From: Microbacterium sp.
Lineage (GTDB): Bacteria > Actinomycetota > Actinomycetes > Actinomycetales > Microbacteriaceae
Length of the DNA: 64,000 bases
Reading direction: 5' to 3'
NCBI RefSeq assembly: GCF_026393345.1
Contig: NZ_JAPLAI010000036.1
Span: 218 to 64,217, forward strand
Shown here: piece after piece, positions 38,973-49,900 of the stretch
Layout: each line of letters starts with the position of its first letter
How positions within the stretch are numbered: the stretch's first letter is position 1
Notes under the pieces: generated by a model
Told to the model about the DNA's origin: nothing
The model's input: only the letters and a program-made list of their open reading frames with translations
The model's database searches: none
Position numbers and translations under genes: made by a program

Positions 38973-40178
38973 ATGGATTGGCAGACCTCTGAGGACACCG
39001 TGCCCAGCGCACCGGTGACGGAGGCCGATGCCCGGTTGCTGCGCGGACGCCCCCCGGCCACCGGTGCGTGGCGCGACGGCGATCCGGTCGGGGAACGCCG
39101 CTTCGCCGCCTTCCGCGACTTCCGCAGCGAGAGCGGCGGACATCTGCCGTCGTTCCGCCTGGCGTACGAGAGCTGGGGCGAGCTCAACGCCGCCCGCGAC
39201 AATGCGGTGCTCGTCCTCCACGCCCTCACCGGCGACAGCCACGTCCGCGGCGACGCGGGCCCTGGGCATCCGACCGCAGGGTGGTGGCAGGACATCGTCG
39301 GGCCGGGAGCCGCGATCGACACGAACCGCTGGTTCGTCATCGCCCCGAACATGCTCGGCGGATGCCAGGGCTCCACGGGACCGGCGAGCATCGCCGCCGA
39401 CGGCTACGAATGGGCGCACCGCTTCCCCTACCTCACGGTCCGCGATCAGGTCGAGGCGCAGCGCTTCCTCGCCGACGACCTCGGCATCGACCGTTGGGCG
39501 GGCGTCATCGGCGGCTCGATGGGCGGGATGCACGCGCTGGAGTGGGCCGTCACCCACCCCGACCGCGTCGCCCGGCTCGCCGTCATCGCCGCTCCCCCGG
39601 CCAACACCGCCGACCAGATCGCGCTGAATTCGGTCCAGCTCGAGGCCATCCGCATCGACCCTCGATTCGCCGGCGGCGAGTACTACGACGCGTCGCCCGG
39701 CGAGGGCCCGCATCGCGGACTGTCGCTCGCCCGCCGGATGGCGCTGCTGAACTACCGGAGCCCGGCCGAGTTGAACCAGCGGTTCCAGCGATCGTGGCAG
39801 TCCGGTGTCAGCCCCTTCGGGCACGGCGGCCGGTTCGCCGTGGAGTCGTACCTCGACTTCCACGGCAACAAGTTCACCCGCCGCTTCGACGCCAACAGCT
39901 ACCTCACCCTCGTCGAGGCGATGAACTCGCACGACGTCGGCCGCGACCGGGGCGGCATCGAGGACGCCCTCGCCCGCGTCACCGCCACGACGCTCGTGCT
40001 CGGCATCGACAGCGACCGGCTCTTCCCCGTCGACGGGCAGCACCGCATCGCCCGCGGCATCCGGAACACCCTCGACGGCGACCGCGCCGCCGTCATCACG
40101 AGCGACTTCGGCCACGACGGATTCCTCATCGAGACGGATGTGGTCGCGGGGCACCTTCGCCGCCTGCTCGAGGCCTGA
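38973..40178 (+). CDS. metX: Homoserine O-acetyltransferase
   Basis: HALTGD, GGCQGSTGP, GGSMGG, RFDANSY, GHDGFL. Confidence 0.94.
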   Translation: MDWQTSEDTVPSAPVTEADARLLRGRPPATGAWRDGDPVGERRFAAFRDFRSESGGHLPSFRLAYESWGELNAARDNAVLVLHALTGDSHVRGDAGPGHPTAGWWQDIVGPGAAIDTNRWFVIAPNMLGGCQGSTGPASIAADGYEWAHRFPYLTVRDQVEAQRFLADDLGIDRWAGVIGGSMGGMHALEWAVTHPDRVARLAVIAAPPANTADQIALNSVQLEAIRIDPRFAGGEYYDASPGEGPHRGLSLARRMALLNYRSPAELNQRFQRSWQSGVSPFGHGGRFAVESYLDFHGNKFTRRFDANSYLTLVEAMNSHDVGRDRGGIEDALARVTATTLVLGIDSDRLFPVDGQHRIARGIRNTLDGDRAAVITSDFGHDGFLIETDVVAGHLRRLLEA

Positions 40179-40266
40179 CCCCTCCGCCGCCGCATCCGGC
40201 CCCGCCCACAGCCGCCGCATCCCTCCCCGCGATCACCTGCCGCATCCCTCCCCGCGCGCCTGCCGA

Positions 40267-40346
40267 CACAACGGCGGAGATCCTCCCCGGCTCACCGGAG
40301 ACGGATGCAGTTTCGCGGGGTCTGCGACGCGATCTCCGCCGTTGTG
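40267..40346. repeat. 16-bp perfect inverted repeat, 48-bp spacer
   Basis: CACAACGGCGGAGATC (40267) and GATCTCCGCCGTTGTG (40331); preceded by three GCCGCATCC copies. Confidence 0.85.
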
Positions 40347-40402
40347 CCCGGCGTCAGAGGCGTCGACGGCAGCACAGCCGCCGGAAAGCCGGACCGGCCG
40401 GA

Positions 40403-41659
40403 TCAGTCGAACGGCAGCGGCTCGATGTGACGGTGCGATTCGGCGGCCGCGCCGCCGCGGGAGCGGTCCTGCATCCGGTACGCCAGGACGGCGATGGCAA
40501 GCCCCGCGAGGGCCAGCAGCACGCCGACCCACGCCGGGGCGGCATAGCCGAGGCCCGCGGCGATGACGATGCCGCCGAGGAAGGCGCCGAGGCTGTTGCC
40601 GATGTTCAGCGCCGAGTGGTTGAGGGCGGCGGCGATCGACTGGTTGTCGCCCGACACGTCCATCAGGCGGGTCTGGATGGCGGGACTCAGGGCCGATGAG
40701 ACGAGGCCCATGCCGAGCAGGGTGGCGAACAGCGCGATGATCCAGCCTGCCGTCAGCGCGAGCACGGCGAGCACCACCGCCATCAGAGCCATGCCCCACA
40801 GCAGCGTCCGTCGGAGGTTCAGATCGGCCAGGTGCCCGCCGATGATGTTGCCGACCGTCATGCCGACGCCGACGACGACGAGCACGAGCGGTACCACCCA
40901 CGTCGGCGATCCGGCGACGTCGGTGACCAGCGGCGCCACGTAGCTGTACACCGCGAAGAAGCCGCCGAAGCCGATCGCGCCGGTGGCCAGCGCGAACCAC
41001 ACCTGCGGGATGCGGAAGACGCCGAGCTCCGCGCGGAGAGTTCGTCCGGGCTGTCCCGGCGATCGGGGGACGAAGAAGAAGATGGCGACGGTCGTGAGAG
41101 CGAAGATGCCGGTGACGACGGCGAACGCGCTCCGCCAGCCGAACTGCTGGCCGAGGAAGGTGCCGAATGGCACCCCGACGACGTTCGCAAGCGTCAGCCC
41201 GGTGAGGACGAACGCGACGCCCTTTGCCCGTTTCCCGGGGCCGAGCACCTCCGCCGCGACGAGAGCTCCGATACCGAAGTACGCGCCGTGTGGAAGGCCG
41301 GCGAGGAACCGGGACGCCCCCACCAGCCCGAAGCTCGGCGCGATCACGGTGAGCGCCGTGAATACGGTCAGCGCGAGGGAGAGTCCGATCATGACCCGGT
41401 GACGCGGGAAACGCGCGACCGATCCCGCGATCGTCGGCGCCCCGACGACGACGCCGAGCGCGTACAGGCTGATGAGCCAGCCCGCCTGCGCGATGGCATC
41501 CTCCTGATTGGCGGCCCACGCCTGCGGCAGCAGTTCCGCGGCGATGTCGGGGAGCAGGCCCATCATGGTGAACTCGGTCATGCCGATCCCGAAGGAACCG
41601 ATGGCGAGGGAGAGGAGCGCCCACATCGCCGCCCCCCTCGAGGGTGTCGAGGAGGTCAT
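40403..41659 (-). CDS. MFS transporter (AraJ/DHA1-like)
   Basis: IGMTEF, RFLAGLPHGAYFG, ANVVGVPFGT; ~12 TMs. Confidence 0.93.
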   Translation of the reverse strand: MTSSTPSRGAAMWALLSLAIGSFGIGMTEFTMMGLLPDIAAELLPQAWAANQEDAIAQAGWLISLYALGVVVGAPTIAGSVARFPRHRVMIGLSLALTVFTALTVIAPSFGLVGASRFLAGLPHGAYFGIGALVAAEVLGPGKRAKGVAFVLTGLTLANVVGVPFGTFLGQQFGWRSAFAVVTGIFALTTVAIFFFVPRSPGQPGRTLRAELGVFRIPQVWFALATGAIGFGGFFAVYSYVAPLVTDVAGSPTWVVPLVLVVVGVGMTVGNIIGGHLADLNLRRTLLWGMALMAVVLAVLALTAGWIIALFATLLGMGLVSSALSPAIQTRLMDVSGDNQSIAAALNHSALNIGNSLGAFLGGIVIAAGLGYAAPAWVGVLLALAGLAIAVLAYRMQDRSRGGAAAESHRHIEPLPFD

Positions 41660-41677
41660 CCCGCCATGGTAACGGCG

Positions 41678-42022
41678 TCAGAGCGTCGGTGGCGAATCGT
41701 TTCGATCGGGCGTGTCCGCGGCATCCGCGAGGGCGGTCTCGAGCCGCTCGATCTTGCCGTCGATCTCGCCCCGGTACCCGGGACGGATGTCGGCCTTCAG
41801 CACCAGCGAGACCCGGGAGCCGAAGGGCAGCACGGCCTCGGTGGCGCGTCGTACGACGTCGAACACCTCGTCCCACTCCCCCTCGAGTTCGGTGAACATG
41901 CTGGTGGTCCGGTGCGGCAGCCCGGAGTCGCGGACGACGCGGACGGCGGCGGCGACCGCGTCGTGCACGGAGCCGTCGGCGTGACCGGTGCCGCTGGGAG
42001 CGACGGAGAACGCGATGAGCAT
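41678..42022 (-). CDS. MTH1187/YkoF thiamine-binding family protein
   Basis: MLIAFSVAP, TTSMFTELEGEWDEV, KADIRPG. Confidence 0.88.
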   Translation of the reverse strand: MLIAFSVAPSGTGHADGSVHDAVAAAVRVVRDSGLPHRTTSMFTELEGEWDEVFDVVRRATEAVLPFGSRVSLVLKADIRPGYRGEIDGKIERLETALADAADTPDRNDSPPTL

Positions 42023-43305
42023 CAGGAGCCTCCTGCGGTGGCGGATTCGGAGCGGACGGATGCGGTGGCAGCCAGGGTCGGCGCCGCGACGCGACCGAGC
42101 AACACCGTGGACCAGACGAACAGGACGACGAGCAGGGCGTTCCGGACCGTGATGACGGCCACCGGGAACGGCTGCGCCGCGAGGAGGTCGTAGTAGGTCA
42201 GCGGGTAGATGACCTGGGTGCACAGCGCGATCCCGAGGCCGAGGGACGCCGGCCCCCACCACCGACGCCGGTCCAGCACGAGTCCGATGACCAGCGGCAC
42301 GCTGAGCCACACCATGTACTGCGGCGAGCCGACCTTGTTGAAGACGATGAACGCGCTCACGAGCGCCAGCGCCAGCGCGGGGAACAGCCGCGCGAACGCG
42401 GCGCCTCGCCAGACCTTCACCGCGCCGACACCGGCGACCGCGAGGACGGCGATGAGGAGCACGGGGGTCATGGCCGACACGACAGCATCCGCGAACGGCC
42501 CGCTGGCCTCGAAGGTCAGCAGCACCGGGTCGTAGTACACGCGGGACCCGCCGCCGAGCATCGCATCCCAGAGGTAGAAGGTGCTGACGGGGGCCTCGAC
42601 CTGCAGGTCACGACCGGTCTGGTCGCCGATGAACCCGAACGCGTACGCGCCGCCTCCCGCGAGCACCACGACGGCGAGCGTCACGAGGCTGACGGCCAAC
42701 GCACCCCCGACGACCGCGACACGACGGCGCACCGCGATGACGGCGGCCGCGAGGAGAGCCGCCGGCCACACCTTCATCCAGGTGGCGATCGCCAGCAGGA
42801 TGGAGCCGAGCCACGGCCGGCGCACCAGCCACAGGCAGCCGAGGATCGACAGCGGCACGGTGATGGCGTCGATCCGGTAGAGCGCGACGGGGCCGAGCAG
42901 GGCGATGAACACCAGCCAGAACCAGGCGGCCACGGTGCGACCGGTCCCGCGCCCGCGGCCGACGAGTACGGCGAAGGCTGCCGCATCGATCAGGATGACG
43001 AGGACCGCCCATGCCGGCGTGTACGAGATCGCCCAGCCGAACGCCCACGCCAGCAGCATGGGGACGAGGGCGAGCTGCGGGTACACCCAGGGGCTGTCGA
43101 GACCGACGAAGCCGACGTGGACGATACCCTCGACGAGGGGGTAATCCTCCGGGGTGACATACCCGCCGTGGAAGAACGCGAGCGACCACTTCTCGTAGAC
43201 GAGGTAGACGTCGCCCATGGGACTGTTGGGCAGGATCCAGCCGAGCACCGCGACACCCACGTGGACGACGACGAACGCGATCCACAGCACGGCTCGTCTC
43301 GACAC
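42022..43305 (-). CDS. GT87-family polyprenyl-phosphate-mannose-dependent glycosyltransferase
   Basis: GDVYLVY, WVYP, KVWP, QVEAP, NKVGSPQY; multi-TM. Confidence 0.85.
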   Translation of the reverse strand: MSRRAVLWIAFVVVHVGVAVLGWILPNSPMGDVYLVYEKWSLAFFHGGYVTPEDYPLVEGIVHVGFVGLDSPWVYPQLALVPMLLAWAFGWAISYTPAWAVLVILIDAAAFAVLVGRGRGTGRTVAAWFWLVFIALLGPVALYRIDAITVPLSILGCLWLVRRPWLGSILLAIATWMKVWPAALLAAAVIAVRRRVAVVGGALAVSLVTLAVVVLAGGGAYAFGFIGDQTGRDLQVEAPVSTFYLWDAMLGGGSRVYYDPVLLTFEASGPFADAVVSAMTPVLLIAVLAVAGVGAVKVWRGAAFARLFPALALALVSAFIVFNKVGSPQYMVWLSVPLVIGLVLDRRRWWGPASLGLGIALCTQVIYPLTYYDLLAAQPFPVAVITVRNALLVVLFVWSTVLLGRVAAPTLAATASVRSESATAGGS

Positions 43306-43387
43306 GGCTCACATCCTAGGGTGCGCGATCCGCGGCTTCCTGTACGCCCGCGCGACCCGCAGCCGGTGCCCGCACGGGTGGCGCCGG

Positions 43388-44239
43388 TCAGCCGGCGGCG
43401 AGCGCCTCCGCCACCGCGCGGGGCAGCGCGTCCGCCACATCGAGGGCGGTGAGCGGGCCGCCCGCTCCGCCGAACGCGGCAGCGACCAGGCTGGCCGCCC
43501 GGCCGTGGAGCCAGGCGGCGGATGCGGCGGCATCCGCGAGCGCGACCGCGTCCGGGTTCCGGCGCGCGGCGATGCCCGCGACGACCGCGCCGACGGCGCC
43601 GGCGAGAACGTCCCCGGTGCCGGCGGTCGCGAGCCACGGCGTCCCGGCGGACACCCGGCGGACGGTGCCGCCGGGCTCGGCGACGAGTGTCAGCGCCCCC
43701 TTCAGCAGCACGACGCCGCCGAGCCGCGCCGCGGACTCGGCGGCGGCGCGGGAACGCTCTTCCTCGCCGGCGGCGGGATCGACCGGGCCGAGGCCGAGGG
43801 TGCCGCGCAGCGCGTCGTGTTCGCGGGCGTGCGGGGTGACAACGAGCGGGGCGGTCGCCCCCGCGGCGAGGTCGAGCGCGCCGGCGTCGACCACCACCGG
43901 CACGTCACCGGCGAGGAGGCGACGCAGCGTCTCGGTCTCCGCGAAGGAGCGGGCGGCCGCATCCGTCCCCGACCCGACGACCCATGCCTGCACCCGGCCG
44001 TCGACGGTCACCGTCTCGGGCCGGCGCGCCAGGACCAGGTCGGCGGCGCGGGCAGGGCCCAGGTAACGGACCATGCCGGTGCCGGTGCGCCAGGCGGCCT
44101 CTACGCCGAGCACCGCCGCGCCGGGATACGCCTCCGAGCCGGTGCGCAGGCCCACCACCCCGCGGGAGTACTTGTGGTCGTCCGATGCCGGTGCGTGCAA
44201 CGACCCTGCCGCATCCGCCGCCGTCCACTGCCCGCTCAT
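43388..44239 (-). CDS. nnrD: ADP-dependent NAD(P)H-hydrate dehydratase
   Basis: HKYSRG, YPGAA, TPHARE, LATAGTGDVLAG. Confidence 0.88.
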   Translation of the reverse strand: MSGQWTAADAAGSLHAPASDDHKYSRGVVGLRTGSEAYPGAAVLGVEAAWRTGTGMVRYLGPARAADLVLARRPETVTVDGRVQAWVVGSGTDAAARSFAETETLRRLLAGDVPVVVDAGALDLAAGATAPLVVTPHAREHDALRGTLGLGPVDPAAGEEERSRAAAESAARLGGVVLLKGALTLVAEPGGTVRRVSAGTPWLATAGTGDVLAGAVGAVVAGIAARRNPDAVALADAAASAAWLHGRAASLVAAAFGGAGGPLTALDVADALPRAVAEALAAG

Positions 44240-44268
44240 GGCCCTCACCCTAGCCGGGCGAACCCGGG

Positions 44269-45321
44269 TCAGCGCCTGCGCCGAGTGGCGTCCTCGACCT
44301 CGCCGACGAGTTCTTCGATGATGTCCTCGAGGAACAGCACGGCGGTCGTGACGCCGGCGTCGTTACGCACCTGGGCGAGGTGGCGGCCCGCCTGACGCAT
44401 GAGCGCGAGGGCGTCCTCGAGGTCCGTCCCCTCCTGCAGCGGCACCATATGGTGGATGCGCTTGGCGGGGATCGGACGGGCGAGGTAGACGTCGTCGGTC
44501 GCTTCCGCGACCCGGAGCACGTCCTTCAGGTGCACGTAGCCGACCGGCGTGTGCTCGGCGTCCACGATCACGTAGCGGGAGAAGCCGTGCTTGGCGACCG
44601 CCCGCTCGATCTCGGCGGGGGTCGTCGTGGTCGGCAGGGTCACGAGCTCGGCGAGCGGCACCGCCACGTCCTTCACCTTCTTGTCGGTGAACTCGACCAC
44701 CGCCGCGACCGTGCCGGCACTGTCGTCGAGCACGCCCTCGATGCGCGACTGGTTCACGATGGCCGCGACCTCGTCGAGCGTGAACGTGGATGCGGCCTCA
44801 TCCTGCGGCTCCACGCGGAACAGCCGCACCGCGTGGTTCGCCAGCCAGTTGAGCGCCACGATGACCGGATGGAACAGCTTCGCCACCCACACCAGCGGCG
44901 GGGCGAGCATGAGCACCGCCCGGTCGGGCACCGAGAACGCGAGGTTCTTCGGCACCATTTCACCGAACACGACGTGCAGGTACGACACGATCACGAGCGT
45001 GACGATGAACGCGACGACATCGACCGTGGCCTCCGCCCAGCCGGTCCATTCCAGCGGTACCGCGAGCAGGTGGTGGATGGCGGGCTCGGAGACGTTCAGG
45101 ATCAGCAGCGAGCAGATCGTGATGCCGAGCTGGCAGGTGGCCAGCATGAGCGTCGCGTGCTCCATGGCCCACAGCGCCGTCTTGGCCGAGCGCGACCCGC
45201 GTTCGGCGAGCGGTTCGATCTGCGAGCGGCGCGCGGAGATGACCGCGAACTCGGCGCCGACGAAGAAGGCGTTGAAGATCAGCAGCACGACCAGCCAGAG
45301 GATTCCCGCCCAATCGTTCAT
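44269..45321 (-). CDS. CNNM/CBS (hemolysin-family) protein
   Basis: NAFFVGAEFA, GEMVPKN, CBS pair. Confidence 0.92.
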   Translation of the reverse strand: MNDWAGILWLVVLLIFNAFFVGAEFAVISARRSQIEPLAERGSRSAKTALWAMEHATLMLATCQLGITICSLLILNVSEPAIHHLLAVPLEWTGWAEATVDVVAFIVTLVIVSYLHVVFGEMVPKNLAFSVPDRAVLMLAPPLVWVAKLFHPVIVALNWLANHAVRLFRVEPQDEAASTFTLDEVAAIVNQSRIEGVLDDSAGTVAAVVEFTDKKVKDVAVPLAELVTLPTTTTPAEIERAVAKHGFSRYVIVDAEHTPVGYVHLKDVLRVAEATDDVYLARPIPAKRIHHMVPLQEGTDLEDALALMRQAGRHLAQVRNDAGVTTAVLFLEDIIEELVGEVEDATRRRR

Positions 45322-46661
45322 CGGCGATCACCGCCCCGGTCGCCCGCATCCGGTTCCGTGCCTGCCGGCATCGGCCGCGGTGTGAACCGCACCCGATCCA
45401 CCCGCCGTCCGTCCATCCGCACGACTTCGAGCGTGCCGTCGTCGATCGTGAGGGTGTCGCCGACCACGGGGATGCGTTCCAGTTCGCTCATGAGGAAGCC
45501 ACCGACAGTGTCGTAGACCTCGCCCTCGGGGACGCGGATGCCGGTGCGGTCGAGCAGTTCGTCGGGTCGCAGGCTCGCGGGGAACGTCAGCGAATCGGCG
45601 CCGCGGACGACGCCGGCGCGGCGCCGGTCGTGCTCGTCGAGCACCTCGCCGACGATCTCCTCGACCAGGTCCTCCAGGGTCACGACGCCGGCGGTGCCGC
45701 CGTACTCGTCCACCACGATCGCCATCTGGTAGCCGCGCGAGCGCAGCTCCGTGATCAGCGCGTCGAGGTGCACGGTCTCGGGCACCCGGAGCGCCTCGCT
45801 GGAAAGCGCCGCCGCGGGAACGTCGCCGCGACGGTCGCGGGGCACGCTGACGGCGGCCTTCAGGTGCACGATGCCGACGATGTCGTCCATGGACTCGCCG
45901 AAGACCGGGAACCTGCTGTGACCGGTGTCACGGGCGAGCCGCACGATCTCCTCGACCGGGTCGTCGGCGGCGAGCGCGTGCACCCGCGGGCGCGGGGTCA
46001 TGACGTCGGCCGCGGTCAGCCGCGCGAAGGTGAGACTCCGGTCGAGCAGGGATGCGGTGTCCTCCTCCAGCACACCGGCACTGGCGGAGCGGCGCACGAG
46101 GCTCGACAGTTCCTCCGCGGTGCGGGCGCCCGACAGCTCCTCCTTGGGCTCGATGCCCATGCCGCGCAGGACCGCGTTCGCGCTGCCGTTGAGCAGCCAC
46201 ACCGCCGGGCGGAACACGGTCGTGAAGCCGACCTGGAACGGCATGACGACCTTCGCGGTCACCCGCGGGATCGCCAGGGCGAGGTTCTTCGGCACGAGCT
46301 CGCCGACGATCATGGAGAACACGGTCGCGATCGCGATGCCGATGATCGCGGCCAGCGGCACCCGCACACCCTCGGGCAACCCCCCCGCGGCAAACAGCGG
46401 CCCGAGCAGCTCGGAGATCGCCGGCTCCATCATGTAACCGGTCAGCAGCGTCGTGAGTGTGATCCCCAGCTGGGCGCTGGACAGGTGCGTCGACGTGTGC
46501 CGCAGCGCGTCGATCGTTAGCGACAACCGGGTCTCACCGGCGGCGCGGCGAGATTCGAGATCGGCACGGTCGAGGTTCACGAGCGCGAACTCGCTGGCGA
46601 CGAACAAGCCCGTCCCCACCGTGAGCAGGAGCCCCACGCCCAGCATGACGTACGCGGTCAC
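45318..46661 (-). CDS. CNNM/CBS/CorC (hemolysin-family) protein
   Basis: [35 protein letters not shown]. Confidence 0.92.
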   Translation of the reverse strand: MTAYVMLGVGLLLTVGTGLFVASEFALVNLDRADLESRRAAGETRLSLTIDALRHTSTHLSSAQLGITLTTLLTGYMMEPAISELLGPLFAAGGLPEGVRVPLAAIIGIAIATVFSMIVGELVPKNLALAIPRVTAKVVMPFQVGFTTVFRPAVWLLNGSANAVLRGMGIEPKEELSGARTAEELSSLVRRSASAGVLEEDTASLLDRSLTFARLTAADVMTPRPRVHALAADDPVEEIVRLARDTGHSRFPVFGESMDDIVGIVHLKAAVSVPRDRRGDVPAAALSSEALRVPETVHLDALITELRSRGYQMAIVVDEYGGTAGVVTLEDLVEEIVGEVLDEHDRRRAGVVRGADSLTFPASLRPDELLDRTGIRVPEGEVYDTVGGFLMSELERIPVVGDTLTIDDGTLEVVRMDGRRVDRVRFTPRPMPAGTEPDAGDRGGDRR

Positions 46662-46944
46662 ACGTCACCTCCCGAGTGGGAGGCGGGTTGGCGGGGCGAT
46701 CGTCTGCAATGTGGAGGGTCGTCCATTGTGTCGCCCATTCTACGGCAGCCCCGCCGGTCTGCATCCGTGCTGTCAAGGATGACGATTCCTGACAGTGCGG
46801 ATAATGATTCCCAATCGTTCCCCTGGGACACGCCGGATCCGGACCATGGGATTACCCGCTGAGATACCATGGAAGCTCGTGTGTTCGGGTCGCCAACGGC
46901 CCGGAAATGACCACAGCGGAATCCACGAAAGCAGGCGATCTTCA

Positions 46945-49900
46945 GTGTCGAGCCAGGTGACAGGCGTCGGGGTATCGAGCGAAGGAGAGTTCGGGGCCAA
47001 CGAATGGCTCGTCGAGGAACTGTACGAGCAGTACCAGGTCGACAAGAACTCCGTGGACAAGTCGTGGTGGCCGATCCTCGAGTCGTACAAGCCCGCTGAC
47101 ACCACCGACGCGAAGACGCTGGCGACCGCGAGTGCCGCCCCGGCCCCGTCCGCCACGGAGCCCCGGCCGACGACCGCCGCGATCCCCGTCGTCGGCGCCG
47201 CACCCGTCGCCCGCACCACCGCGAAGCCCGCCGCCCCGCAGCCGATCCCGGCACAGGCCCCGAGCCCGCAGCCCTCCGACCCGAAGGCTGCGGTCGAAGA
47301 GGACACCGTCACGACCCTCCGCGGCATGACGAAGACCCTCGCGGCCAACATGGACGAGTCGCTCACGGTCCCGACCGCAACGAGCGTGCGCACGGTTCCC
47401 GCCAAGCTGATGATCGACAACCGCATCGTCATCAACAACCACATGTCCCGCACCCGCGGCGGCAAGGTCAGCTTCACCCACGTCATCGGGTGGGCGCTCA
47501 TCCAGGCGCTCAAGGAGTTCCCGAGCCAGAACGTCTTCTACGCCGAGGTCGACGGCAAGCCGTCCGTCGTCGCACCCGCTCACATCAACCTCGGCATCGC
47601 GATCGACCTGCCCAAGCCCGACGGCACTCGTGCCCTCATGGTGCCGAGCATCAAGCGCGCCGAGACCCTCACGTTCACCGAGTTCCTCGCGTCTTACGAG
47701 GACCTGGTCAAGCGGGCCCGGGCCAACAAGCTGACGGCCGCCGACTTTCAGGGCACGACGATCTCGCTCACGAACCCGGGCGGCATCGGCACTGTCCACT
47801 CCGTGCCCCGTCTGATGAAGGGTCAGGGATGCATCGTGGGCGCCGGCGCCCTCGAGTACCCGGCCGAGTTCCAGGGCGCGAGCGGCAACACGCTGTCCGA
47901 GCTCGGCATCGGCAAGACGATCACCCTGACGAGCACCTACGACCACCGGGTGATCCAGGGCGCCGGCTCCGGCGAGTTCCTCAAGAAGGTGCACGAGCTG
48001 CTCATCGGGCAGCGCGACTTCTACGATCACATCTTCGCCGCGCTGCGCATCCCCTATGCACCGATCCGCTGGTCCAGCGACATCCACGTCGACCTCGCCG
48101 AGCGCATCGACAAGGCCGCCCGCGTGCAGGAGATCATCAACTCCTACCGCGTCCGCGGGCACCTGATGGCCGACATCGACCCGCTCGAGTACGTGCAGCG
48201 CACCCACCCCGACCTCGAGATCGAGAACCACGGCCTGACGTTCTGGGACCTGGACCGCGAGTTCGTCACCGGCGGTTTCGGCGGCAAGCGCGTGATGAAG
48301 CTGCGCGACGTGCTCGGCGTGCTGCGTGACTCCTACTGCCGCACCACGGGCGTGGAGTACATGCACATCCAGGATCCGGTGCAGCGCAAGTGGTTCCAGG
48401 ACAACCTCGAGGTGCACTACCAGAAGCCCGGCCACGACGAGCAGCTGCGCATCCTGTCGAAGCTGAACGAGGCCGAGGCGTTCGAGACGTTCCTGCAGAC
48501 CAAGTACGTCGGTCAGAAGCGCTTCAGCCTGGAGGGCGGCGAGTCACTCATCCCGTTGCTCGACGAGATGCTGCAGGGCGCGGCCTCGGCCGGACTCGAC
48601 GGCGCCGCGATCGGCATGGCGCACCGCGGTCGCCTCAACGTGCTGACCAACATCGCGGGCAAGACCTACGGCCAGGTGTTCCGCGAGTTCGAGGGCACCA
48701 CGCTCCCCGGCAACAAGCACGGCTCCGGCGATGTGAAGTACCACCTCGGCACGGAGGGCACGTTCGTCTCGGATGCGGGCACCGAGCTGCCCGTGCTCCT
48801 CGCGGCGAACCCGTCGCACCTCGAGACCGTCGACGGCGTGCTCGAGGGCATCGTCCGCGCCAAGCAGGACCGCAAGCCCATCGGCACCTTCTCGTGGCTG
48901 CCGATCCTCGTCCACGGCGACGCCGCGTTCGCCGGCCAGGGCGTGGTCGTCGAGACGCTGCAGATGTCGCAGCTGCGCGGCTACCGCACCGGCGGCACCA
49001 TCCACGTCGTGGTCAACAACCAGCACGGCTTCACCACCCTGCCGGTCGACGGCCGCACCTCCGTGTACGCCACGGACGTCGCCAAGACCATCCAGGCGCC
49101 GGTGCTGCACGTCAACGGCGACGACCCGGAGGCCGTCGTCCGCGCCGCGGAGCTCGCGTTCCGCTACCGCCAGGAGTTCCACCGCGACATCGTCATCGAC
49201 CTCGTCTGCTACCGCCGACGCGGTCACAACGAGGGCGACGACCCCTCGATGACGCAGCCGCTGATGACCAACCTCGTCGAGGCGAAGCGGTCCGTCCGTC
49301 GCCTGTACACCGAGGCCCTCGTCGGCCGCGGCGACATCACCGAGGAGGAGTACGAGCAGGCCAAGCGCGACTTCCAGGATCGCCTCGAGGTGGCATTCGC
49401 GCAGACCCATGCCGCCGAGACCGGTACGACCGACATCGTCAGCGAGACCGCCGAGGTCGAGCCCGCCGTCGGCGCCCCGGAGACCACCGGCGTCTCGACC
49501 GAGGTCGTGCACCTCATCGGTGACGCGTTCGTGAACAAGCCCGAGGGCTTCACGGTGCACACCAAGCTGCAGCAGCTGCTGGACAAGCGTCACGCCATGA
49601 GCCGCAACGGCGGGATCGACTGGGCGTTCGGTGAGCTGCTCGCGTTCGGCTCGCTCGTGCTGGAGGGCACGCCCGTGCGCCTCGCCGGCCAGGATGCCCG
49701 CCGCGGCACCTTCGTGCAGCGTCACGCCGTGTTCCACGACCGCTCGAACGGGCAGGAGTGGCTGCCGCTGGTCAACCTCGCCCAGAACCAGGGCCGCTTC
49801 TTCGTGTACGACTCGCTCCTCAGCGAGTACGCCGCGATGGCGTTCGAGTACGGCTACTCGGTGGAGCGCCCCGACGCGCTGGTGCTGTGGGAAGCGCAGT

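Noticed and set aside
37248-40220. 990-aa minus-strand ORF, and similar long ORFs at 1930-4092, 9663-12554 and 48544-50937
   Set aside because: Antisense shadows of metY/metX, rho, argS and kgd, expected at high GC3; no domain motifs
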